A stretch of DNA of 64,000 bases from the NCBI GenBank assembly GCA_041660925.1, contig JBAZVI010000003.1:221832-285831 (forward strand), written 5' to 3'. The position numbers and the translations under genes are program-made. The DNA is from Elusimicrobiota bacterium (lineage in GTDB: Bacteria > Elusimicrobiota > Elusimicrobia > UBA1565). Below are positions 56,951 to 64,000 of this stretch, one piece after another. How positions within the stretch are numbered: the stretch's first letter is position 1; each line of letters starts with the position of its first letter. A model generated the notes under the pieces. That model was not told the DNA's origin, searched no databases, and worked only from the letters and a program-made list of their open reading frames with translations.

Positions 56951-57091
56951 CGGGTTTCCCTATTGCCTCCCCCCACGGGGGAGGGTGGGGAGAGGGGCAT
57001 TTGGGTTTAGGAGGAGGATAGCGGGCCGCAAGGCGCCATGATTCGCCCCCCCCACCCTGCCCTCCCCCCGCAGGGGAGGAAATAGGGAAAC
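56951..57091. repeat. Composite inverted-repeat structure: two local hairpins (CCTCCCCCC..GGGGGAGG) bracketed by long-range complementary arms GTTTCCCTATT / AATAGGGAAAC
   Basis: About 38-nt imperfect arms (about 85% identity) separated by about 58 nt, in the divergent spacer before the S8 protease gene. Confidence 0.5.
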
Positions 57092-57258
57092 TGCGAACGC
57101 TAACAATCTAGGCCCTAGTACCCACACGCCATAGGGACCACCGGAACTTGCTCATGGGTCTTTCGGGACTATCCTAGGGATAGGACTCAGGACCCAGAGA
57201 CGGTGGGCCTGGACGACGCAAGACGGAGACGGGAGACCCGGTCGAGACGGACAGGGAG

Positions 57259-59709
57259 GTGGAGAAGATGAAGAAGGCTGCGGCGCTCTTCATACTGGCG
57301 ATCCAGCTGCACTCGGCGGCCTTCGCGGCGGGCGTCCCCGCCACGCTCGCGGCCGGCGAGTCCCTCCCCCCCCATGCCGAGAGCTTCGGACTCGGAGCCG
57401 CCAACGACGGGAGCATCCTCCGCCAGCGCCAGGACGATGCCTCGGGCGCGGTCGAGATCGAGAAGGTCGAACGCGAGGCGTTCCGCCGCATCGCCGCCTT
57501 CCTTCTTAGGCTCCCCCTCTCCGACCCCCAGGGCGGCATGGCCCTGGCCCTCAAGAGCTACCTCGCGCCCCGCATGGACCCCCGGGAGGTCGACAACAAC
57601 ATCTTCCTCAAGCGGACCGCGGGCGGCCAGCTTCGCTTGACGAAGCTCGGCTATCAGGCCCTTTTCGACATCATCACGGCTCGCGACGGCGCCCTCATCG
57701 AGCCGATCGTCGAGCTCAAGCCGTCGGTCCCGACGACCCAGGCCTCCGCCGGCGGCTCCGCCGCCTGGGCCGAGCCGGGAGCCCTCGCCGCCTTCGACGC
57801 CGCCGAATTCGCGGGGGCCTCCCCGGCCCGGGCTTTCGACGGCGCCCGCCACAGCGTGGGCTCCTTCGACTGGAACGGCCTCGAAACCGCGGTGACCGCC
57901 GCCGGCGGCCTGACCTCCGCGGGCTCCGCCGCCCCCGCCGCCCCCGCCATGCTCGAGGGCTACGCGGTGGACCGGGAGCGCAACACGGTCCGCGTCATCG
58001 TCGCCGCCAGCCGCACGGTGGCCTCCGACCGCTTCAAGATGCGCGCCGAGGACGGCGCCGAGGTGCTCCGCGAGGCCGGTCTCGACGCGCAGCTCTTCGA
58101 GCGCAGCGGCGCGAAGGTCGTCCGCGCCGTCGACAACCTCGTCACTGTGGACGTCCCCCTCCCGCAGGCGGCCGCCCTCGGCCTGTCCCTCGAGGCGCGC
58201 GGCGTCGAGAGCCGCCCCGCGCGCGTCTTCCGCGCCGCCGCCGAGGCCCTCGCGGGCCCGGCGGGCTCCCTGCTCGGCGCACAGTTCCTCCCGGTCCCCT
58301 CCGCGCCGCTCGTCGGCGCCGTCTCCGACGCCGCGCGCAAGGCGGCCGAGGCGAAGATGGTCGACGCTCTCTCGACCCTGCGCGCCGGCGAGCTCTGGGA
58401 CGCCGGGATGAAGGGCCGCGGGACGCTCGTGGGCGTCATCGACTCGGGAATCGACCCGACGCACCCGGACTTCAAGGACAAGAGCGGGAACAGCCGCATC
58501 GAGGAGTACCTGGACTTCACCGAGGAGGGCAAGGACGACGTCGTCGGGCACGGTACCCACGTCTCCGGCACCATCGGCGGCACCGGCGCGGCCTCTGAGG
58601 GCCGCTTCGCCGGCCTCGCGCCCGAGACCCGCTTCAAGGTCGCGAAGGTCTTCGGGGTCAAGGGCGAGACCGACGAGTCGGTCATCCTCGCGGCGATGAA
58701 GTGGATGGCCGACGCCGGCAAGGACGGCAAGGCCAAGGTCGACGTGCTCAACATGAGCCTCGGCGGCCCCGGCGAGCCCAACAAGGACCCGCTCGGCTCG
58801 ATGGCCAACCATCTCGTCGTGGACAAGAACATCCTGGTCGTCGCCGCGGCCGGCAACGAGGGCGCCGCGGGCATGCGCACCGTCGGCACCCCGGGCAACG
58901 CGCGCTACGCCCTCACCGTCTCCGGGGTCAACAAGGACGGGGAGTTCCCCTTCTTCGTCTCGAAGGGCCCTGCCGCCGGCGAGGACGGCGACCTCTACAA
59001 CAAGCCCGACGTCAGCGCCATCGCCGGCGACGTGGACCTGAGCAAGCTCGAGCAGTCCCTGCTCCAGACCCAGCTCCGCAAGGACGAGCAGGCCGAGCCC
59101 CCGACGACCACCGCCGCGGCGAAGCCCGAGGGGATGACCGCGGTCGCCGGCCCCGCTCTCAACGCCGTCGGCTGCGTCTACGCGCCGGGAGGCGTCATCG
59201 CTCCGCGCAGCTCCAAGGACCCCGACGGCGTCTGCGGCGTCGACGGCGCCCCGGCCTACCGCTACATGTCGGGCACCTCGATGGCGACCCCGATGGTGGC
59301 CGGGATGTCCGCCGACGTCATCGGCTACCTCAAGGACAAGGGCGTCCGCTACGACGCCTTCCAGGTCCGCGCCCTCGTCATGGAGACCGCCCGCGACCTC
59401 GGCAAGGGGCGCGAGCAGCAGGGGACCGGCCTCGTCGACGGCAAGCGCCTCGCCCAGACCGTTGCCGACCGCGTCTCCCGCGGCCTGCCGGTCGGCAACG
59501 TGGCCTTCGCCCTCTCGACGCGCATGACCGTCGAGGATCAGGGGCGCATCAAGGACCAGACCCGCTACGCCATGACCCCGCTGGGCCTGCTCGACACGCG
59601 GACCGGGCGCCTCATCAACAACGAAAAAGACTTCAAGCGCGCCGTCGAGGAGATCCACCGCACGCCCAAGCTGCTGATGGTCAACAGCAACGCCATCCGG
59701 CAAGCGTAA
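57259..59709 (+). CDS. Secreted subtilisin-like serine protease (S8 family, 816 aa)
   Basis: Asp/His/Ser triad contexts GVIDSGIDPTHPDF, HGTHVSGTIGG and GTSMATPMVAG; signal peptide; the antisense 838-aa ORF is junk. Confidence 0.85.
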   Translation: MEKMKKAAALFILAIQLHSAAFAAGVPATLAAGESLPPHAESFGLGAANDGSILRQRQDDASGAVEIEKVEREAFRRIAAFLLRLPLSDPQGGMALALKSYLAPRMDPREVDNNIFLKRTAGGQLRLTKLGYQALFDIITARDGALIEPIVELKPSVPTTQASAGGSAAWAEPGALAAFDAAEFAGASPARAFDGARHSVGSFDWNGLETAVTAAGGLTSAGSAAPAAPAMLEGYAVDRERNTVRVIVAASRTVASDRFKMRAEDGAEVLREAGLDAQLFERSGAKVVRAVDNLVTVDVPLPQAAALGLSLEARGVESRPARVFRAAAEALAGPAGSLLGAQFLPVPSAPLVGAVSDAARKAAEAKMVDALSTLRAGELWDAGMKGRGTLVGVIDSGIDPTHPDFKDKSGNSRIEEYLDFTEEGKDDVVGHGTHVSGTIGGTGAASEGRFAGLAPETRFKVAKVFGVKGETDESVILAAMKWMADAGKDGKAKVDVLNMSLGGPGEPNKDPLGSMANHLVVDKNILVVAAAGNEGAAGMRTVGTPGNARYALTVSGVNKDGEFPFFVSKGPAAGEDGDLYNKPDVSAIAGDVDLSKLEQSLLQTQLRKDEQAEPPTTTAAAKPEGMTAVAGPALNAVGCVYAPGGVIAPRSSKDPDGVCGVDGAPAYRYMSGTSMATPMVAGMSADVIGYLKDKGVRYDAFQVRALVMETARDLGKGREQQGTGLVDGKRLAQTVADRVSRGLPVGNVAFALSTRMTVEDQGRIKDQTRYAMTPLGLLDTRTGRLINNEKDFKRAVEEIHRTPKLLMVNSNAIRQA

Positions 59710-59726
59710 AGCCGTCCGTCGGGCGA

Positions 59727-59765
59727 AGACGAGGCCCCGCCGAGAGGCGGGGCCTCGTCTTTCGG
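59727..59765 (+). terminator. Rho-independent terminator AGACGAGGCCCCGCC-gaga-GGCGGGGCCTCGTCT + TT
   Basis: Perfect 15-bp stem 18 nt after the protease stop. Confidence 0.7.
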
Positions 59766-59793
59766 TGCGCGGCGGACGGCCGCCGCTTCAGGG

Positions 59794-60165
59794 TCAGCGC
59801 ACGGCGTCGCCGACGTCGAAGCGGCAGGCCTCGTCCCAGCCGAGCGTGAACGGCAGTCCCGCGTGCGCCACCAGGACGCGCCGGCCGGGCGCGATGGTCG
59901 CGCTCGCCGGGACGGATACGACCGGATGAGCGGCCGCGTCCGCGGCGTAGAAGGTGAAGCGCACGTTTCCGTCCACTTCGAGGGGTACCGGGTTCCGGTT
60001 CAGGACGTAGCCATCGACCGCGCTGCGGCCGCCGATGACGCAGTCCGCCTGGTAGCCCGGGTCTTCCGGAGGCGTCGGCGGGAAGACCTGCCCGCCCGAG
60101 GGGCACTCGACGAGGATCGCCCCGCCCAGCGCCAGCGCCTGCACGACTCTCTTCCGCTTCGTCAT
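59794..60165 (-). CDS. Small secreted hypothetical protein (123 aa)
   Basis: Signal peptide MTKRKRVVQALALGGAILVECPSG; convergent with the S8 protease gene. Confidence 0.45.
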   Translation of the reverse strand: MTKRKRVVQALALGGAILVECPSGGQVFPPTPPEDPGYQADCVIGGRSAVDGYVLNRNPVPLEVDGNVRFTFYAADAAAHPVVSVPASATIAPGRRVLVAHAGLPFTLGWDEACRFDVGDAVR

Positions 60166-60258
60166 GGGGCCTCCTCCCGTCAGGAAACGGGCCCACCCTA
60201 TAGTATGGGCCCGCGGAGGAGCGGTTTCAAGGGGAGAAAACGCTGTTTTGAGCGCCGA

Positions 60259-61398
60259 CTAGACGGGCTTGGAGCCCCGGGGGAAATGCATGGGGACGGG
60301 CAGGGAAACCTGGCGCATGCACTCGAGCGCGAAACCGTCGGTCATCCCGGCGATGTAGTCGGTCACGATGGTCCTGGCGGCCCAGCCCTCGCGCTCGTAG
60401 ACGGGGCGCAGCTGTTCGCAGTAGTGGCCGAAGTTGCGGTCGCTCTCGAGGTCGAGCGCGTGGTAGGCCTTGAAGTCGGTGCCGTTCCTCTCGAAGAGCT
60501 CGACGAAGTAGTCGAAGAGCGTGTGGATGACCGTCTTGATGTGGCGGCGGTACTTGAGCAGGCGCGGGTGGTAGTAGATGCGCTGGTAGTTGAATTCCCC
60601 GAGTTCCTTGACCAGGAGGAGGCGCTCCGGGGAGAAGCCGATGGCGTCGGCCTTCGCGGAGTGCGCGACCACGTCGTCGATGAGGGCGCTGATGATGTCG
60701 GTGTTGGAGTCTCCGAGCGCCTCCGCCACGCGCCGCGGCACATCGGCCTTCGTGATGAAGCCCGCGGTGACCGCGTCCTCGATGTCGCGGCCGAGGTAGG
60801 CGATGCGGTCGGCCAGGCGGACGACGCAGCCCTCGCAGGTGGTGGGCATGTAGGCGCGGTCGTGGATGTTCTCGAGGTCGTTGGCCGTCGTCGATGGGCG
60901 CAGGTCGTTCTGCAGGAAGTCCTCGCCGTTGTGGCAGATGATGCCGTCCTTCACGGCGTAGGTCAGGTTGAGGCCCTGGCCGTGGTTGGCGAGGTGTTCG
61001 ACGACGCGGTAGCTGTTGAGCTCGTGGAGGAAGGCTTTCGGGGCGCCGAGGCGCGCGGCGAGCTCCTTCTCCCCCTCGTGGCCGAAGGGTGCGTGCCCGA
61101 GGTCGTGTCCCAGGCCGATGGCGTAGGCCAGCTCGGTGTCGAGCTCCCAGTCCCCGCCGGAGAGGTTCAGGCCGCGGCAGACCGTCGCGGCGATGGTCGC
61201 GACGTGGAGGACGTGTTCGATGCGCGTGCAGATGTGGTCGTTGTCGGGGGCGTAGAAGACCTGGGCCTTGTGCTTGAGGCGCCGGAACGGGTAGGAGTGG
61301 ATGATCTTGGTCTGGTCGCGGAAGTAGTCGGCGCGCATGTCCGGCGCGGTCTGTTTGCTGCGGCGGAGGTAGACGTCGACGGGGAGCGGGTTCTTCAT
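60259..61398 (-). CDS. dgt: dGTP triphosphohydrolase-like HD-domain protein
   Basis: HD motif ..HVLHVATIA..GLGHDLGHAPFGH..; 379 aa; ATGA overlap with the upstream gene; the rest of ORF 60259..63114 is junk. Confidence 0.8.
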   Translation of the reverse strand: MKNPLPVDVYLRRSKQTAPDMRADYFRDQTKIIHSYPFRRLKHKAQVFYAPDNDHICTRIEHVLHVATIAATVCRGLNLSGGDWELDTELAYAIGLGHDLGHAPFGHEGEKELAARLGAPKAFLHELNSYRVVEHLANHGQGLNLTYAVKDGIICHNGEDFLQNDLRPSTTANDLENIHDRAYMPTTCEGCVVRLADRIAYLGRDIEDAVTAGFITKADVPRRVAEALGDSNTDIISALIDDVVAHSAKADAIGFSPERLLLVKELGEFNYQRIYYHPRLLKYRRHIKTVIHTLFDYFVELFERNGTDFKAYHALDLESDRNFGHYCEQLRPVYEREGWAARTIVTDYIAGMTDGFALECMRQVSLPVPMHFPRGSKPV

Positions 61399-62489
61399 CG
61401 GGGCCTCTGCTTCTGTCTCTGCGCGGAGCTGAAGGCGGCGCCGGAGCGCGCGACGCCGGCGGGGATGGCGCGCGCGAGCTCCCTGAGCGCGCGCAGGGCC
61501 TCCTCGCGGTCGCAGGCGGTGCTCAAACAGTGGCGCGCGTGCTCGTGCGCGAAGCGGACGTCCGGCGCGGCGAGCGCGCGCGTGTAGTCCTGGACGGCGT
61601 CGGCGCGGCGGCCGAGGACGTCGCGGGCGAGGCCGCGCCAGAACAGGAGCGCGGCGGTCCAGCGCGCGGCGGACTTCTCGACGAGCGCGCGGTCCAGCCA
61701 GCGCTCGGCCTCCTCGGCGTAGGGGCGCTCGAAGCAGTGCGCGCCGGCGAGACCGCAGAAGAGCGAGAGCTCCTTGCGCTCGAAGGAGGGGTCCGCGGGG
61801 GCTTCCGCGAGCAGGGCGAAGAGGGCGCGCGCGGAGCGGTCCCAGTCGCCGGCGCGGGAGAGCAGGATGACCTCGCGATAGCGGAGGTAGGCGCTGCGCG
61901 GGAACTCGACGCGCAGGCGCGCGAGCAGCTCGAGGGCGCCGGCGACGTCGCCCTCCCTTATGAGGATCGTGAGGAGGAAGCCGGCGGCCTGGTCCTTCGA
62001 GAAGCGGCCGCGCTCCATCGCCTGACGCATGCGCGCGAGGCCTCGCCGGGCGTCGCCGCGGTGGACGAAGAGCATCGGGAGCTTCATGAGCGTCGGCAGC
62101 CGGTCGGTCTGATAGTCGAAGATCCCGAGCCCGAGGTAGGCGTCGTGGTAGTCCGGGTCGAGCTTCACGCACTTCTTGAGGTGCCTGATGGCTTTCTTTC
62201 CGTCGGAGTAGGCCTTCAGGTGATGCCCGCGGGCGAGCTCCATCTGGCCATGGATCCCGAGCGCCATGCCCGCGGCGAAGTGCCCATCGGCCTTGCGCGC
62301 CGGGTCCTTGGAGTCGAGCAGCGGCTCGCTCGTCTCCAGGACCTTGCGCACGTCCTCCTCGAAGAGGGCGTCGAGCGGGGAGGTGTCCTTGAAGAGCGCG
62401 TACTCCGCGTCGGCCTCCCACCACAGGACGCCGGCCTCGCCGAGCCAGCCCAGCGGGTTGTTGGGCTGCTCGTCGATGAGGCGGCGCAT
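61395..62489 (-). CDS. TPR-like repeat protein; probably secreted if the in-frame upstream signal-peptide-like stretch (to about 62654) is translated from a non-canonical start
   Basis: Helical-repeat composition; the first canonical start is ATG 62489, but 55 in-frame codons upstream encode ..RLLSVVLLLVPGALWAAEGP.. Confidence 0.5.
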   Translation of the reverse strand: MRRLIDEQPNNPLGWLGEAGVLWWEADAEYALFKDTSPLDALFEEDVRKVLETSEPLLDSKDPARKADGHFAAGMALGIHGQMELARGHHLKAYSDGKKAIRHLKKCVKLDPDYHDAYLGLGIFDYQTDRLPTLMKLPMLFVHRGDARRGLARMRQAMERGRFSKDQAAGFLLTILIREGDVAGALELLARLRVEFPRSAYLRYREVILLSRAGDWDRSARALFALLAEAPADPSFERKELSLFCGLAGAHCFERPYAEEAERWLDRALVEKSAARWTAALLFWRGLARDVLGRRADAVQDYTRALAAPDVRFAHEHARHCLSTACDREEALRALRELARAIPAGVARSGAAFSSAQRQKQRPR

Positions 62490-62654
62490 GTGCGCGCGGG
62501 CCGCGGCGTAGTCGAGGTCGTAGATCGCACCGACGGCGCGATGGGCGGTCTCCTCGATGCCGGCCTCCGTGACGGTCCCCGCGGGAGGGCCTTCGGCGGC
62601 CCAGAGGGCCCCGGGGACGAGGAGGAGGACGACGCTCAGGAGCCGGATCGTCGT

Positions 62655-63587
62655 TCAGACCTCGGAGGGGTCGTGTTCGCGGTGCGACTGCACGGTGTGG
62701 CGGTGGTGAGCGATGGGCATGCCGTTGCGCCGCCAGTAGCTGCGGATGGCCCCCCAGGCCTCTTCGGCGGTGTCCACGGTCTGCACGAGGTCCAGGTCTC
62801 CGGGCGAGATGACGCCCTGCTCGGAGAGGTACTTCACGTCGATGACCCGCGACCAGAACTCCCGCCCGACGAGGATGACGGGGAGCTGGGACTTCTTGCT
62901 CGTCTGCACGAGGGTCAGAGTCTCGAAGAGCTCGTCGAAGGTCCCGAAGCCGCCGGGGAACGCGACCATCGCCTTCGCGCGCATGAGGAAGTGCATCTTG
63001 CGGATGGCGAAATAGTGGAACAGGAAGGAGAGCTCGGGCGTGACGAAGGGGTTGGGCTCCTGCTCGTGCGGGAGGGTGATGTTGAGCCCGATGCTCTTCC
63101 CCCCCGCCTCCCACGCTCCGCGGTTGGCCGCTTCCATGATGCCGGGGCCTCCCCCGGTGACCATGACGAAGTGGCGGCGTCCCTTCCCCTGGGAGGCCTT
63201 CGTGACGATGTAGCTGAAGCGTCGGGCCTCGTCATAATAGCGGGAGAGCTTCTGCAGGCGCTTGGCCGCGTCGAGCTCCGTGCGCAGGCGCGCATCGCGG
63301 GGCAGGCGCTTGAGCGCCGCGCCCAGCTTCGCGATCTGGGCCTCCGCTTCGTCGGGAGGCTGGATGCGCGCGCTGCCGAAGACGATGATGGTGGACTCGA
63401 TCTTGTTCTCGATGAGGACCATCTCGGGCTTGAGCAGCTCGAGCTGCAGGCGCATGGGGCGCAGCTCCTCGCGGGCGAGGAAGTCGATGTCCTGATAGGC
63501 CTTCCGGTAGGTGCGGGAGGCTCGGAGATCGTCGAGCATCTTGCGGCGCTGCTGGGGGGTGATCTTCACGGCTTTCATGTCGTCCAT
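62655..63587 (-). CDS. LOG-family protein (TIGR00730, cytokinin riboside 5'-monophosphate phosphoribohydrolase / PpnN-like nucleotide nucleosidase)
   Basis: GGGPGIMEA and PGGFGTFDEL motifs; 310 aa. Confidence 0.8.
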   Translation of the reverse strand: MDDMKAVKITPQQRRKMLDDLRASRTYRKAYQDIDFLAREELRPMRLQLELLKPEMVLIENKIESTIIVFGSARIQPPDEAEAQIAKLGAALKRLPRDARLRTELDAAKRLQKLSRYYDEARRFSYIVTKASQGKGRRHFVMVTGGGPGIMEAANRGAWEAGGKSIGLNITLPHEQEPNPFVTPELSFLFHYFAIRKMHFLMRAKAMVAFPGGFGTFDELFETLTLVQTSKKSQLPVILVGREFWSRVIDVKYLSEQGVISPGDLDLVQTVDTAEEAWGAIRSYWRRNGMPIAHHRHTVQSHREHDPSEV

Positions 63588-63618
63588 TGGGGGTCTCGCT
63601 CCGTCACGGCGATTTCGG

Positions 63619-63924
63619 GTGCACGGACCGGGTAATTATGCACGTTTTGGCCGGGCGATTTCGGCCGCCCGGCAAGGCGCAAGGAGCGAGGATACCTTGA
63701 GGTATCTGAGCGACGCGCAACGCCGCCGGCGGCTGAAAGCGCCCGAGCCTGCGCAAGGAAGCTTCTCCGTCGGAGACAGCGGAACGACTGCCGAGGCCCT
63801 CCCCTGGGCGGCTTCCGCGTCGCTCCTCCCTCAGATAGCTCTGGCCGCTATCCTCGGTCATCGCTCCTTGAATCCGCATCAGGCTCGGGCCTCCAAAACG
63901 CGCATAATTACCCGGTCAGTGCAC
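63619..63924. mobile_element. MITE-like element or large structured RNA: 306 bp bounded by 32-bp terminal inverted repeats (30/32 identical), with no transposase
   Basis: Left GTGCACGGACCGGGTAATTATGCACGTTTTGG. Right CCAAAACGCGCATAATTACCCGGTCAGTGCAC. Internal hairpin GGCCGGGCG..CGGCCGCCCGGC. Internal ORFs (91 and 138 aa) look spurious. Confidence 0.4.
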
Positions 63925-64000
63925 TAGGCACAGGCTCAGCCCGGGGGCGTAGGTCACGGCCAGAAGCACGAGCGCATGGATCAGCCAGAACGGCGTCACG
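63916..64000 (-). CDS. C-terminal end of a membrane protein whose gene continues beyond the window (..VTPFWLIHALVLLAVTYAPGLSLCLVH*)
   Basis: Open hydrophobic reading frame to the window edge; its TGA stop lies inside the right inverted repeat of the MITE-like element. Confidence 0.3.
   Translation of the reverse strand, partial: VTPFWLIHALVLLAVTYAPGLSLCLVH

Noticed and set aside
57187-59703. 838-aa minus ORF antisense to the subtilisin gene
   Set aside because: Junk composition; the sense strand carries the complete S8 triad motifs
61530-63635. 701-aa plus ORF antisense to the dgt, TPR and LOG genes
   Set aside because: G/E/A/R/L-rich; no motifs
63511-63927. 138-aa plus ORF and 91-aa minus ORF inside the inverted-repeat element
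   Set aside because: Arg/Gly/Pro/Ser-rich with no protein-like features; they lie within the TIR-bounded noncoding-looking element

Overview
High-GC (about 70%) bacterial chromosomal segment, densely coded. It is probably from a diderm lineage, since it encodes Lgt, an Lnt domain, an OPT transporter and a type III glutamine synthetase. Both strands are full of long spurious ORFs typical of GC-rich DNA (R/G/A/E/P-rich antisense frames). Real genes were picked by protein-like composition, recognisable family motifs, and the very frequent 4-bp start/stop overlaps (ATGA/GTGA/TTGA). Recognisable housekeeping genes: glnN (GS type III), lgt, lipB-lpdA-lipA, trxB, glpK, queD, maf, cutA, mtnA, yggS, dgt and radC. 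There is an ECF sigma/anti-sigma operon and several secreted peptidases (clostripain C11, subtilisin S8, a phytochelatin-synthase-like papain fold). Unusual items: (1) a 1631-aa fusion ORF combining an ATP-grasp ligase, a 12-TM MFS transporter, an unknown domain and a LOG-family (nucleotide N-glycosidase) domain with a partially duplicated tail; (2) two parallel bicistronic units, OPT transporter + CheY-like receiver and B12-binding radical SAM + CheY-like receiver, with no kinase; (3) a GT21-like glycosyltransferase fused N-terminally to a complete apolipoprotein N-acyltransferase (Lnt) and start-coupled to a membrane methyltransferase that carries a paralogous transmembrane segment; (4) a roughly 0.85-kb low-GC island carrying a lone lipoprotein gene flanked by 15-bp perfect stem-loops; (5) a palindromic element GTCGGGAATCC..GGATTCCCGAC present twice; (6) an RHH antitoxin-like module with a textbook sigma70 promoter/operator and leaderless start; (7) a 306-bp element bounded by 32-bp terminal inverted repeats (MITE-like); (8) an in-frame TGA between a LOG gene and a TPR gene, followed by a signal-peptide-like stretch that lacks a canonical start. 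No rRNA, tRNA or CRISPR array was found. Start coordinates inside ORFs were derived from amino-acid positions in the supplied ORF track and may be off by a few bases.
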